Shown here: one piece after another, positions 41,333 through 51,469 of the stretch
Position numbering within the stretch: position 1 is the first letter of the stretch
Layout of the letters: the number at the start of each line of letters is the position of its first letter
Notes under the pieces: generated by a model
Database searches by the model: none
Told to the model about the DNA's origin: nothing
The model's input: only the letters and a program-made list of their open reading frames with translations
Source: Cyanobacteriota bacterium
GTDB taxonomy: Bacteria; Cyanobacteriota; Cyanobacteriia; PCC-6307; Cyanobiaceae
Assembly (NCBI GenBank): GCA_046052125.1
Contig: JBJOMY010000002.1
Location: 1 to 64,000 of the forward strand
Length of the DNA: 64,000 bases
Reading direction: 5' to 3'
Made by a program: the position numbers and the translations under genes

Positions 41333-42360
41333 GGCAGCTCCAGGGCCAGGGGCCCCAGCATGCCCCGCCGGAAATCATCGAGAAAGCGCTGGGCCATGCG
41401 GGCGGTGTCGCCACTGGTGTGGCGCTCTGCCGCGGCCCGCAACCAACCATCGGCATCCGGGCGCGGCGCAGCTGGCACACCGTCCAGCGAAGACGCGCCC
41501 GCAGACAACTGTCCAGGATTCTGCGCAGTCTGTACAGAATCCTGGACCGTTGCGATGGAGAGATCCGCAGCTGGTCCGCGCTCCAGAGCCAAGCCCTGAT
41601 CCGGACCTTGATCCAAGGCCTCAACCGGAACGCCATAGCGGCTCTCCAGCAAACCCGGCTTCACGCCAGAAGCCGCCACGCGTTCCAGCGCAGCCAGCAT
41701 CTGCACGAAGGCCATCGCCACCGCTTCGCCGTCGTAGGCCGCCTGACCGATGTCGTCGCAGAGGGCCAGGCGCAGTGCCGCCAGTTGGTCGTCGAGCCGC
41801 GGGGGCAGCACCCCCGGGGCATCGAGCAGATCAAGGTCCTGCCCCAAGCGCACCCAACGCAGGCTGCGGGTGACGCCGGCGCGGCGGGCGCTGTCCACTA
41901 CCTTCTGGCGCACCAAGCGGTTGATCAAGGCCGATTTGCCCACATTCGGAAAGCCGAGCATCAGGGCGCGCACCGGCCGGGGGCGCATGCCGCGGGAGCG
42001 GCGGCGTTCATTAAGAGCATCACCGGCGCGGATCGCCGCCTGTTGCAGCTGCTTCACGCCAGTGCCCGCCTTGGCATCGCTCCACCAGGGGGTCTGCCCC
42101 TGGCTGCGGAACCAGGCATCCCAGGCCTCTTGGGCGGCTTTCGGGATCATGTCGCGCCGATTAAGCACCAGCAGGTGCTGCTTGCCTGAAATCCAGCGCT
42201 GCAGGCGGGGGTGACCGGTGGCCGTGGGGATGCGCGCATCGCGCACCTCGATCACCAGGTCCACCTTGGCCAGGTTGTCGGTGAGCGAGCGCTCCGCCTT
42301 GGCGATATGGCCCGGATACCACTGGATCGCCGGGGCGGCGGAGCTCAGCAACTCACTCAC
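41329..42360 (-). CDS. ylqF: Ribosome biogenesis GTPase RbgA/YlqF, with apparent ~45-aa insertion
   Basis: IQWYPGHIAKA, EVRDARIP, GFPNVGKS and DAPG. Confidence 0.95.
   Translation of the reverse strand: MSELLSSAAPAIQWYPGHIAKAERSLTDNLAKVDLVIEVRDARIPTATGHPRLQRWISGKQHLLVLNRRDMIPKAAQEAWDAWFRSQGQTPWWSDAKAGTGVKQLQQAAIRAGDALNERRRSRGMRPRPVRALMLGFPNVGKSALINRLVRQKVVDSARRAGVTRSLRWVRLGQDLDLLDAPGVLPPRLDDQLAALRLALCDDIGQAAYDGEAVAMAFVQMLAALERVAASGVKPGLLESRYGVPVEALDQGPDQGLALERGPAADLSIATVQDSVQTAQNPGQLSAGASSLDGVPAAPRPDADGWLRAAAERHTSGDTARMAQRFLDDFRRGMLGPLALELP
41507..41552. repeat. 13-bp perfect inverted repeat inside the ylqF insertion
   Basis: gtccaggattctg (41511-41523) / cagaatcctggac (41535-41547), extendable past one mismatch. 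Confidence 0.85.
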
Positions 42361-42734
42361 GGAACCACCAACACAGGGCAGGGCGCCAGCTGGATCACGC
42401 GCGAGGCGGTGCTGGGCGCTTCGTCAGCCTCCAGCGTGAGCCCTCGCGTGCCCATCACGATCACATCGGCGTTGATCTCATCGGCCACATCGCAGATCAC
42501 AAACGCCGGCTTGCCCTCCCGCTCGATCACCTCACAGCTCACGCCCTGCTCCTGAAAACGGCTGCGGGCCTGCTCCAGCAGCGCGGCCACGGCGGCCGGA
42601 TCGTCCTGCCCCGGCTCCACAACCGACAGCACCACGAGGCGGCTCTGGTGTTGCTGGGCCAGCTTCAGGGCCGTGGCGGCGGTTTCAGCCGCCTGGCGGC
42701 TGCGATCAATCGGGAAGAGAACGGTCTCGAACAT
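42357..42734 (-). CDS. Universal stress protein
   Basis: MFETVLFPID, GKPAFVICDVA, DVIVMGTRG and CPVLVVP. Confidence 0.93.
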   Translation of the reverse strand: MFETVLFPIDRSRQAAETAATALKLAQQHQSRLVVLSVVEPGQDDPAAVAALLEQARSRFQEQGVSCEVIEREGKPAFVICDVADEINADVIVMGTRGLTLEADEAPSTASRVIQLAPCPVLVVP

Positions 42735-42855
42735 GGCCGCTGGGCCGGTGTTCCCTCTGTTTAGCGCCAGAAGCGACATCAGCCAGGGCCTGCCGTATTA
42801 AGCCCCCCCTTGACCGGCCCGCTAAATTCGCCCGACCCTTCTTTTGCTTAACGCC

Positions 42856-44061
42856 ATGGCGAAGCGCTCCCTGGCCAGCCTCTCCGCTGATGAACTGCGC
42901 GGCAAGCGCGTGCTGGTCCGGGTCGACTTCAACGTGCCCCTCAACGATGCCGGCGCCATTACCGATGACACCCGCATCCGCGCCGCCCTGCCCACCATCA
43001 ACGACCTCACCGGCAAGGGCGCCAAGGTGATCCTCTCGGCCCACTTCGGCCGTCCCAAGGGCCAGGTGAACGAGGGCATGCGCCTCACCCCCGTGGCCGC
43101 CCGCCTGAGCGAACTGCTGGGCAAGAGCGTGGTGAAGACCGACAGCTGCATCGGCCCCGACGCCGAAGCCAAGGTGGCCGCCATGGCTGAGGGCGATGTG
43201 GTGCTGCTGGAGAACGTGCGCTTCTTCGCTGAGGAAGAGAAGAACGAAGGCGATTTCGCCAAGCAGCTGGCAGCCCTGGCTGATGTGTATGTGAACGACG
43301 CCTTCGGCGCCGCCCACCGCGCCCATGCCTCCACCGAGGGCGTGACCCAGTACCTGAGCCCCAGCGTGGCCGGCTACCTGATGGAGAAGGAGCTGCAGTA
43401 CCTGCAGGGCGCCATCGATGAGCCCAAGCGCCCCCTGGCCGCCATCGTGGGAGGCTCGAAGGTGAGCTCCAAGATCGGCGTGCTCGAAGCCCTGCTCGAC
43501 AAGTGCGACAAGATCCTCGTCGGCGGCGGCATGGTCTTCACCTTCTACAAAGCCCGCGGCCTGGCCGTTGGCAAGAGCCTGGTGGAAGAGGACAAGCTGG
43601 AGCTGGCCAAGGAGCTTGAGGCAAAGGCTGCGGCCAAGGGCGTTCAGTTCCTGCTGCCCACCGATGTGGTGCTGGCCGACAACTTCGCTCCCGACGCCAA
43701 CACTCAGATCGCCAATGTGAACGCCATCCCCGATGGCTGGATGGGCCTGGACATCGGTCCTGACTCCGTGAAGGTGTTCCAGGACGCCCTGGCCGACTGC
43801 AAGACCGTGATCTGGAACGGCCCCATGGGCGTGTTCGAGTTCGACGCCTTCGCCGCCGGCACCAACGCCATCGCCACCACCCTGGCGGACCTGAGCGGCA
43901 AGGGCTGCTGCACGATCATCGGCGGCGGTGACTCCGTGGCCGCTGTGGAGAAGGCCGGCCTGGCCGACAAGATGTCGCACATCTCCACCGGCGGCGGCGC
44001 CAGCCTCGAGCTGCTCGAAGGCAAGGTGCTGCCCGGTGTGGCCGCCCTCGACGAAGCCTGA
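42856..44061 (+). CDS. pgk: Phosphoglycerate kinase
   Basis: [29 protein letters not shown] and [11 protein letters not shown]. Confidence 0.98.
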   Translation: MAKRSLASLSADELRGKRVLVRVDFNVPLNDAGAITDDTRIRAALPTINDLTGKGAKVILSAHFGRPKGQVNEGMRLTPVAARLSELLGKSVVKTDSCIGPDAEAKVAAMAEGDVVLLENVRFFAEEEKNEGDFAKQLAALADVYVNDAFGAAHRAHASTEGVTQYLSPSVAGYLMEKELQYLQGAIDEPKRPLAAIVGGSKVSSKIGVLEALLDKCDKILVGGGMVFTFYKARGLAVGKSLVEEDKLELAKELEAKAAAKGVQFLLPTDVVLADNFAPDANTQIANVNAIPDGWMGLDIGPDSVKVFQDALADCKTVIWNGPMGVFEFDAFAAGTNAIATTLADLSGKGCCTIIGGGDSVAAVEKAGLADKMSHISTGGGASLELLEGKVLPGVAALDEA

Positions 44062-44085
44062 TTCAGCGGGTTCAACCCACTGCAG

Positions 44086-44110
44086 AGGCCCCCGTAAGGG
44101 GGCCTTTTTT
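44086..44110 (+). terminator. Rho-independent terminator of pgk
   Basis: aggccccc-gtaa-gggggcct followed by a T run. Confidence 0.9.
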
Positions 44111-44114
44111 GCGC

Positions 44115-45404
44115 CTAGCGATCGTCGCGATCACCAGATGCAACCGAGCGGCCCCGCAGCACCACCGCAAAGCCCTCGGCGCTGCGCCGGCACTCCAGCT
44201 GACCGCCATGGCTGGCCGCCACCCGCGCCGCGATCGCCAGGCCCAGGCCGCAGTGGCCGCCGCCGCCACGGGCCCGATCAAGCCGCTGAAACGGCTGCAG
44301 CGCCTGCGGCCAGGCCTCGGGGCTGATGCCGGCGCCGCGATCCCACACCTCGATGCGGAATCCGTCGTCGGCTTCGCGGCGCAACACCAACCGCAGGGGC
44401 GGCCGGCCATGGCTGAGGGCATTATCGAGCAAGTTGCCCACGGCCCGGCCCAACGCTGTGGGCTGCACACAGGCCTGCAGCGGTTCGAGATCGAGCAGCA
44501 ACTGATCGGGCTCAATCGGCGCGCTGAGCTCCGCAAGCCATTGATCCAGCGGCAACTCCACCGCCGCCTCCGCATCACCGCCGCCGGCGAACAGCAGAAA
44601 CTGGGCTGTGATCCGCTCCAGCGCATCGAGATCGGCCTCGGCCCGCTGCTGCTCCTTATGGCCGGTCAGACGCAGACGCAGTCGGGTGAGCGGGCTCTTG
44701 AGGTCGTGGGCGATGCCGGCGAGCATGGTGGTGCGATCGCGTTCATTGGCCGCCAGGCGCTGCACCATCGCCTTGAAGCGCGCCGTAAGCCGGCGCACGG
44801 CGCCACTGCCGGATGACGGCAGGGGGGAAGCCAGAGAGGCGGCACCGGCCTGATCGCTGTTGCCCACTTGGGCCAGGGCCTGCTCCAACTGCTGCAGCGG
44901 CCGTTGCACCTCCCACCACAGGTAGAGCAGCGAGCTGGAGATACTGCCCGCGAGCAGAGCCAGTCCCAACAGGAGCGGATCGGGGGCACGTCCCCGCGCT
45001 GTATCGAGCGGGGTAAACAGCCACACCGGTTCCAGGGGTGAGAGCAACTCAACCCACACGCCCGGACGCGTTGCCGCAGCCGGCAACACCGGCGGGCAGG
45101 GGGCGATCTCCCTGCAGAGCTCCTGCTGCAGTTGGCGGGCCTGCCGCTGCAGCCGGCCATCGCGACTGAGCGGTGGATGGGCACCCACCCGCAGCGGTAG
45201 GCCGCTGAGGCGCGCCAGAGCAGCCGGTGGCAGGCGATCAAGAGCCAGCTCTCCGAGGCGGAGATTGAACGCCACCTCAGGGCCGAGCTGGAGGATCTGA
45301 GCCCGCTCCAACCGCTGGGCCAGCAGAGCCTGCAGCAAAGCCAGGCTGAGAGCCGACACGCCGGCCCCCACCAGGACAGTCCTAACGGCTGCGGGGCTGG
45401 CCAT
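44115..45404 (-). CDS. EnvZ-like sensor histidine kinase
   Basis: Two TM helices, HAMP region, H-box AGIAHDLKSPLTRL, N-box NLLDNA, DRGAG and GLGLAIA. Confidence 0.9.
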   Translation of the reverse strand: MASPAAVRTVLVGAGVSALSLALLQALLAQRLERAQILQLGPEVAFNLRLGELALDRLPPAALARLSGLPLRVGAHPPLSRDGRLQRQARQLQQELCREIAPCPPVLPAAATRPGVWVELLSPLEPVWLFTPLDTARGRAPDPLLLGLALLAGSISSSLLYLWWEVQRPLQQLEQALAQVGNSDQAGAASLASPLPSSGSGAVRRLTARFKAMVQRLAANERDRTTMLAGIAHDLKSPLTRLRLRLTGHKEQQRAEADLDALERITAQFLLFAGGGDAEAAVELPLDQWLAELSAPIEPDQLLLDLEPLQACVQPTALGRAVGNLLDNALSHGRPPLRLVLRREADDGFRIEVWDRGAGISPEAWPQALQPFQRLDRARGGGGHCGLGLAIAARVAASHGGQLECRRSAEGFAVVLRGRSVASGDRDDR

Positions 45405-46122
45405 CAGGCACGAACACATAGCCGTAGCCCCACACCGTCTGCAGGTAGCGGGGACGGGCGGGATCGGGTTCGACCAGCTTGCGCACGCGCGACACCTGCA
45501 CATCCATGCTGCGGCTATCGGTGTCGGAGCCGGGACCGCGGGCCAGCTCGATCAAGCGCTCCCGCGAGAGGGGGCGATGCGGGTGCTGCACGAAGGCGGC
45601 CAACAGGCTGAACTCACCGCTGGTGATCACCACCGGTGCACCAGAGCGCTCCAGGCTGCGGGCCGCAAGATCGAGGCGGTTATCGCCGAACTCCACCAGC
45701 CGCCCCTCCGCCACTGGCGTCCCGGCCGGGAGAGCCACACGCCGCCGCAACACCGCCTCGATCCGCGCCGTGAGCTCCCGCGGCAGGAACGGTTTACCCA
45801 GGTAATCGTCGGCCCCCTGCTCGAGGCCAATAATCCTGTCGACGCCGTCGCCCCGGGCGGTGAGCATCACCACCGGTAGATCGTCACCGCCATCGCGCAG
45901 GCGGCGCAGCAGGGTGAGGCCGTCGTCGCCGGGGAGCATCACATCGAGCACCACTAGATCGGGCCGCTGCGCATCGAGCCGGGCCATCAGCTGCTCACCG
46001 CTGCTCAAGCAGCGCACGTCGTAGCCCTGATCGGTGAGGTAGGTACCCAGCAAACGCCGCTGCTCAGGGTCGTCATCCACCACCCAGATGCGCGACGAAG
46101 CGCTGCGCTGAGCAACAACCAT
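45382..46122 (-). CDS. OmpR-family response regulator
   Basis: VVDDD, LDVMLPG, GADDYLGKPF and RYLQTVWGYGYVFVPDG. Confidence 0.94.
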   Translation of the reverse strand: MVVAQRSASSRIWVVDDDPEQRRLLGTYLTDQGYDVRCLSSGEQLMARLDAQRPDLVVLDVMLPGDDGLTLLRRLRDGGDDLPVVMLTARGDGVDRIIGLEQGADDYLGKPFLPRELTARIEAVLRRRVALPAGTPVAEGRLVEFGDNRLDLAARSLERSGAPVVITSGEFSLLAAFVQHPHRPLSRERLIELARGPGSDTDSRSMDVQVSRVRKLVEPDPARPRYLQTVWGYGYVFVPDGQPRSR

Positions 46123-46251
46123 CGATCGGTTCAGCGAGGCTGCGCCGACTGTATGGAGATCAGGGCGTTCAGGCAGCGTCAGACAGATCTGGTCACAGGT
46201 TGGTGGCGAGACTGCCGCCTGGAACCCCAAGCGGCTCCATAGCCTGAGGGC

Positions 46252-46740
46252 ATGCGCCGCCGCCATGCGACCCCCCAATGCGCTCTTGCGTTCGCCCTGG
46301 CGTTGAGCCTGGGCGCAGCTGCTGCGGGCCGGGCTCAGACCGCCGCGGAGAAGCAGAGCTATCAGCAGCGGCTCCAACAGCTGTTCCAACGCCTGGATCG
46401 CAATAGCGACCAGCGCCTGCAGCGACAGGAAGTGCAGGGGCATCCCTATCTGGAGCGCCACTTCGAGCGGCTGGACAGCCAGCAGCGGGGTTATCTCACC
46501 CCCGACGAGCTGAAGCCGGCCGAGGCCCAACGCGGCGAACGCGCAGCGCGCTTCTTCAGCCAGGCTGATCGCAACGGCGATGGCCGCATCGACCGCCGCG
46601 AAGCGGAGGGATACACCTGGTTGCGGCAACACTTCAGCAGTGCCGACCGCAATGGCGATGGCAGTGTGGATCGGCAGGAGCTGAACGGCCTGGCCGAGCA
46701 GCGTCGCCGCCAACAGTCACCCGAAAGCCGTGCCCGCTGA
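46252..46740 (+). CDS. Secreted EF-hand calcium-binding protein
   Basis: Signal peptide, then loops DRNSDQRLQRQE, DSQQRGYLTPDE, DRNGDGRIDRRE and DRNGDGSVDRQE. Confidence 0.85.
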   Translation: MRRRHATPQCALAFALALSLGAAAAGRAQTAAEKQSYQQRLQQLFQRLDRNSDQRLQRQEVQGHPYLERHFERLDSQQRGYLTPDELKPAEAQRGERAARFFSQADRNGDGRIDRREAEGYTWLRQHFSSADRNGDGSVDRQELNGLAEQRRRQQSPESRAR

Positions 46741-46750
46741 TTCCACGCCG

Positions 46751-47650
46751 ATGCCTCTGGCCTGGATCGGCCTGGGGGCCCTGGGCGCACCGATGGCGCT
46801 CAACCTGGTGCAGGCCGGGTACCGGCTCAGGGTGTTCAACCGCGACCCAAGCCGCTGCGAAGCCCTGATCAGTGCCGGGGCGGATCAAGCTCTCACCCCG
46901 TCCGAAGCCGCAGCAGGAGCCGAGGTGCTGCTGGTGTGCGTGAGCGACGATGCCGCCGTGGAGGCGGTGCTCCTTGGAACGCCCAATCCAGAGTTCCGTA
47001 CAGACCAAACGGAATCGCAAGCAGCAGCGATTCACGGCCTGGCCCCAGGCAGCCTGGTGATCGACTGTTCCACCATCAGCCCCGCCACCAGCCGCCGCGT
47101 GGCAGCAGCCCTGGGGGAGCGCGGGATCGCCTACATCGATGCCCCGGTGACCGGCGGCACCGAGGGCGCCAAGGCCGGCACGCTCTCCGTGCTCGTGGGC
47201 GGTGAGACCGCCCACCTGGAGCGGGCCCGGCCGCTGCTGGAGGTGCTCGGCAGCGCAATCACCCACTTCGGCCCAGTGGGATCCGGCCAGGAGGCCAAAG
47301 CGGTGAACCAGGTGCTGGTGGCGGGCAGCTACGCCGCCGTGGCCGAGGCGCTCAGCCTGGCCGAACGCCTTGGCCTCAATCGCAGCCAGGTGGTGGAGGC
47401 GCTCAAGGGCGGCGCCGCGGGCTCCTGGGCCCTGGAACACCGCAGCGAGCGGATGATCAACGATCACTACCCCCTGGGTTTCAAGCTGGCTCTGCACCGC
47501 AAGGATCTGGGCATCGCCCTTGCTGCAGCGGCCGAACAAGAGCTGGAGCTACCGGTGAGCCAGTTGGTGGCCGCCATGGAAGACCAGCTCATGGAAGCCG
47601 GGCACAGCGATCTGGATGTGTCGGCGTTAGCGCGTTGGTTTAGAAGCTGA
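46751..47650 (+). CDS. NAD(P)-dependent beta-hydroxyacid dehydrogenase (GarR/MmsB family)
   Basis: IGLGALG, DCSTISP, DAPVTGG, KAVNQ and KDLG. Alternative GTG start at 46730. Confidence 0.9.
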   Translation: MPLAWIGLGALGAPMALNLVQAGYRLRVFNRDPSRCEALISAGADQALTPSEAAAGAEVLLVCVSDDAAVEAVLLGTPNPEFRTDQTESQAAAIHGLAPGSLVIDCSTISPATSRRVAAALGERGIAYIDAPVTGGTEGAKAGTLSVLVGGETAHLERARPLLEVLGSAITHFGPVGSGQEAKAVNQVLVAGSYAAVAEALSLAERLGLNRSQVVEALKGGAAGSWALEHRSERMINDHYPLGFKLALHRKDLGIALAAAAEQELELPVSQLVAAMEDQLMEAGHSDLDVSALARWFRS

Positions 47651-48377
47651 GCTCCGCGCGGTCGGCCACCACACGCACCTGCTTGCTGGCGGCCACGATC
47701 CCCTTGGGATGCACCAGCAACACCGCCCAGGTTTGGCTGCCGGGCTGGAACGGGGCCTGCACGCTCTTGAACAATCCGCCGCCGCCGAGGGCTTCCAGCT
47801 GCAGGTCGGGCGTCTGCAGACGCAAGAGCTCACCGGGGCTCACCGCCTTGATCGCACCAGCCACCACAGCCCCATCGAGCGGTTCATCGAACACCACGTC
47901 GAGGTCGTAGCGCTGACCGGTGAGGACCGCATCGGGGATCAACAGGCTCACCTTGAGGTCGTTGTCGCCGCTCCGCAACAGCGACGACTCACGGATCAGC
48001 TCCTGGCTGTTGAAGCGCGGACCACTGGCGCCAAGCACCAACTGCTGACGCGCCTCAAAACGGAAGCGGTAGGGGCCCTCCTCACGGCTCCCGGTCACAT
48101 TGATCTCGGTGGTAGCCCGCCCGTCCTTGAGCAGAGGGCCGGGCTGAACGCGCCAACTGGCATCCGGGAACTGCTGGCGGAGCAACAGGCGGCGGCGCTC
48201 CACCTCCGCTGGATCAAGGCCCTGTCCCGGCTCGAGCACCGCATCCAGAGCAGCCGGCGAGCTGCTGTTGAGGGCATCCTGCAGGGCCTGCAGGCTGGGG
48301 GCCGCCCGCAGCGGTGTTGAGCCCATCACCACACCGGCCAGGGCGAGGGCAGCCGGCAGGAGAGGGCGCAACAGCAC
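47640..48377 (-). CDS. Conserved cyanobacterial hypothetical exported protein
   Basis: Signal-like N terminus; PDAVLTGQRYDLDVVFDEPL and GGGLFK. Confidence 0.7.
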   Translation of the reverse strand: MLLRPLLPAALALAGVVMGSTPLRAAPSLQALQDALNSSSPAALDAVLEPGQGLDPAEVERRRLLLRQQFPDASWRVQPGPLLKDGRATTEINVTGSREEGPYRFRFEARQQLVLGASGPRFNSQELIRESSLLRSGDNDLKVSLLIPDAVLTGQRYDLDVVFDEPLDGAVVAGAIKAVSPGELLRLQTPDLQLEALGGGGLFKSVQAPFQPGSQTWAVLLVHPKGIVAASKQVRVVADRAELSF

Positions 48378-48431
48378 TGGGGCTCAACCAACACACGGCC
48401 CTTAAGTTAGGCGCGCCTTCCCGCCGCCACC

Positions 48432-49508
48432 ATGTCCCGCCTGTTGATCGCGGCCAGCGGCACCGGCGGGCATCTGTTCCCGGCTATGGCCGTGGCGCAG
48501 GCACTGCCCCCCGACTGGCAGATCCAGTGGCTGGGGGTGCCTGACCGACTGGAGACCGAGCTGGTGCCAGCGGAGATCACCCTGCACACCGTGCAAGCGG
48601 GCGGGCTGCAGGGGCGAGGGCTGCAGAAACTGCTCAACCTGCTGCGACTGCTATGCGCCAGCTGGAGCGTGCGCCAACTGATCCGCCGAGAGCGCATCCA
48701 GGTGGTGTTCAGCACCGGCGGCTACATCGCCGCGCCGGCGATCCTCGCGGCCCGCTGGTGCGGCGTTCCAGTGGTGCTGCACGAATCGAATGGCGTTCCC
48801 GGCAGAGTGACACGTCTGCTCGGCAAGCTCTGTACGCACGTGGCGGTGGGTCTACCCCAAGCGGCCGAGCGGCTCCAGGGCTGCCAGCCGCGGGTCACGG
48901 GAACCCCCGTGCGGCGCGAGTTTTTGCAGCCTGCGGCCCTGCCCGCTTGGGTGCCCGCGGGGCCGGGGCCCTTGCTTTTGGTGATGGGCGGCAGCCAGGG
49001 AGCGGTTGGGCTGAATCGCATGGTGCGACCCCTGTTGCCTCGCTTGCTGAGCGCGGGGTGCCGCGTGGTGCATCTGAGCGGCAGCAACGACCCCGAAAGC
49101 GGCCAACTGCAGCACCCGCACTACGCCGAGCGTCCCTTCAGCGATGAAGTGGCGGGCCTTCTGCAACACGCCGATCTGGTGATCAGTCGCGCCGGGGCCG
49201 GCAGCCTCAGCGAACTAGCGGTGTGCGGCAGCCCCTCAATCCTGGTGCCCTTCCCCCAAGCCGCCGACAAGCATCAAGACGCCAACGCTGGTGCAGCAGC
49301 AGCGCTCGGGGCGGCCGTGATCGTGTGGCAGCACCCGCCTGAGCACCCGGCGCTTGAGCAGGCGATCTGGCGCTTGCTGGGGCCTCGGCTGCGGGGCAGC
49401 GATCCGGCTGTGGATCCACTCCTGGAGCTGCGGCGCGGCATGGAGCGGCTAGAGGTGCGGGATGCGGATCAGCTGTTGGCGGGGTTGCTGATGGAGTTGA
49501 GCTCCTGA
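48432..49508 (+). CDS. murG: MurG N-acetylglucosaminyl transferase
   Basis: [26 protein letters not shown] and HQDANA. Confidence 0.95.
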   Translation: MSRLLIAASGTGGHLFPAMAVAQALPPDWQIQWLGVPDRLETELVPAEITLHTVQAGGLQGRGLQKLLNLLRLLCASWSVRQLIRRERIQVVFSTGGYIAAPAILAARWCGVPVVLHESNGVPGRVTRLLGKLCTHVAVGLPQAAERLQGCQPRVTGTPVRREFLQPAALPAWVPAGPGPLLLVMGGSQGAVGLNRMVRPLLPRLLSAGCRVVHLSGSNDPESGQLQHPHYAERPFSDEVAGLLQHADLVISRAGAGSLSELAVCGSPSILVPFPQAADKHQDANAGAAAALGAAVIVWQHPPEHPALEQAIWRLLGPRLRGSDPAVDPLLELRRGMERLEVRDADQLLAGLLMELSS

Positions 49509-50575
49509 CGCATTGCTCGGATGATGCGGCGATTGCCAGCGCGGCTCAGGTAGCCGATGCGCAACCAGGTTTCGTCCAATCCTTCAAAGGAGCGGCAATC
49601 GCGCAGGAGGATCCGGTGTCGAGTTTCCAGAGCCTCACGCAACGGCTGGAGAGACACGGGCTCGCCATTGCACTCGCCGCGAATCAAGAGGTAATTCGCC
49701 GCAGACGGCATCGGGATGATGCCGGGCAAGCTCGCGAGCTGGTGCTGCAACCACGCACCCTCGCGGGCCGTCCAGCGCTGCACGCGTTGTATCCAGGCCT
49801 GGTGCCGTTTCGGGCTCCGCAACAAGGCTTGACCCACTGCCGAGGCCACAGCATTCACCGGCCAGGGATCACGCCACTGAGCCCAACGCTGTAGGCGCTC
49901 AGGTTGAGCCACCGCGTAGCCCAGTCGTAATCCGGCGATTCCGTACAGCTTGGTGAGGCTGCGGATCACCACGAGGTTGGGGTGATCCGCCACGAGTGGG
50001 ATCAACGATTGGACTTCGCCGTTGGGCACCAAGGGAAGAAAAGCCTCATCACAAATCACCAAAGCAAAACGGTCCAACAACGGTTCAAGCGACGTACGAC
50101 TCCACAGCTGGCCCGTGGGGTTGTGGGGATTGGTGATCCAGAGCACCCCCGCCTCAGTCGGGCAAGACGGGAAGGACGTCGCGTCATTGCTGGTCCACTG
50201 CAATGGCAGTCGCATAGGAGCGGTATCAGCGCCCCAACAACACAACGCTCGCCGATAGTCAGCGAATCCAGGCTGGGGGAGCACAGAACATCCCATTGCC
50301 TCCGCATCCCGAGCCGCCCAGGTGAAAAGCTCCGCAGCGCCATTACCAGGGAGAACGGTCTCCGGAGCCAATTCATGGGACAGGCCAATGCACTGACGTA
50401 GCCGTTCCATGCCTCGATCGGGATACGCACCCAACGAAGCCCGAAAAGCCTCCGTACGGACAGTCCATGGGAGAGCGAACGGAGCCAAGGAGGCGCTTGC
50501 ATCCAGCAACTGGTGCGGACGGCAGCCGAGCCGAAGGGCGGTGGCTTCAAGATTGCCGCCGTGGGCTTCAAGCAC
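49469..50575 (-). CDS. cobD: Threonine-phosphate decarboxylase (cobalamin pathway, CobD/CobC-like)
   Basis: N-terminal [39 protein letters not shown] and RDCRSF. Confidence 0.82.
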   Translation of the reverse strand: MLEAHGGNLEATALRLGCRPHQLLDASASLAPFALPWTVRTEAFRASLGAYPDRGMERLRQCIGLSHELAPETVLPGNGAAELFTWAARDAEAMGCSVLPQPGFADYRRALCCWGADTAPMRLPLQWTSNDATSFPSCPTEAGVLWITNPHNPTGQLWSRTSLEPLLDRFALVICDEAFLPLVPNGEVQSLIPLVADHPNLVVIRSLTKLYGIAGLRLGYAVAQPERLQRWAQWRDPWPVNAVASAVGQALLRSPKRHQAWIQRVQRWTAREGAWLQHQLASLPGIIPMPSAANYLLIRGECNGEPVSLQPLREALETRHRILLRDCRSFEGLDETWLRIGYLSRAGNRRIIRAMRQELNSISNPANS

Positions 50576-50662
50576 TCAGGAACTGCACTCGCAACAACCA
50601 GCCTGATCGACGATCTGACACAGGTCCTGTACAACCAGTGAACTGTTGATGCACTGAACGCG

Positions 50663-51469
50663 ATGCCACAGCACCACTGGCTAGCCCTGGGATCAATCCT
50701 GGCCGTGGTCAGCTGTGGTGCCGGCATCCCAGCAATGTCAGCCGATTCCAAAGCTCTCGTACAAACCCTGGACGAGCGGAGCTGCACCCGTTGCAACCTT
50801 CAGGACGCTGATCTAGTGCATGCCGACCTGCGCGACGCGCGTCTTCAAGGGGCTCAATTGCAACGGGCCAACCTGAGCGGAGCGCGCCTTGACGGAGCTG
50901 ATTTACGGCATGCGGATCTCAGCTTCACCAGCCTGACAGGAGCCTCTTTGGAAGGCGCCGATCTGCGGGGAGCAACGCTCACGGGCACTGATTTCCGCAA
51001 CAGCAATCTGAGTGGGGCCCAAATCGACCCAGGCAGCCTGAGTAGAAGTCACTGGCATGGAGCCAGAGGAGTTTCGGGATCGCTGCACAGTTACGCCGAA
51101 CTGCACAATGCTGGCGTCCAAGCGGCACTGAAGGATCAGCATCCCGTGGCGGAACGTTGGTTCAGCGAAGCGATCAAGCGCATGCCCAACGCAGCGGTCA
51201 GCTGGGTTGCCCGCGGCATCAGTCGAGCTGAACAGGGACAACTCCTGCTGGCGTCCCAAGACCTTCGTTACGCCGGCGCGCTTTATGCACAACTGGGAGA
51301 CCAAGAACAAGCCACAGCCCTCACCAAGGCAGCGGAACTACTGGTTCAGCCGACCAAACGCCCAAAAGGCGGCAATGGAATCGGTTCTCAGCTGATGACA
51401 GGCGCCCTAGCCGCATTCCAATTGCTTGCCCCATTAGCAGCGAAAACGATGCTGCCGATGCCGTTTTAA
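50663..51469 (+). CDS. Pentapeptide-repeat protein with TPR-like C terminus
   Basis: CTRC followed by A(D/N)Lxx repeats, then a helical TPR-like segment. Confidence 0.88.
   Translation: MPQHHWLALGSILAVVSCGAGIPAMSADSKALVQTLDERSCTRCNLQDADLVHADLRDARLQGAQLQRANLSGARLDGADLRHADLSFTSLTGASLEGADLRGATLTGTDFRNSNLSGAQIDPGSLSRSHWHGARGVSGSLHSYAELHNAGVQAALKDQHPVAERWFSEAIKRMPNAAVSWVARGISRAEQGQLLLASQDLRYAGALYAQLGDQEQATALTKAAELLVQPTKRPKGGNGIGSQLMTGALAAFQLLAPLAAKTMLPMPF

Noticed and set aside
45382..46713. 443-aa N-terminally extended response regulator
   Set aside because: The extension is antisense to the EF-hand gene; ATG 46122 gives a normal-sized regulator.
20659..49508. Convergent 3' overlaps (menE/thioesterase, menF/gshB, murG/cobD)
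   Set aside because: Short tail overlaps are common in compact high-GC picocyanobacterial genomes.
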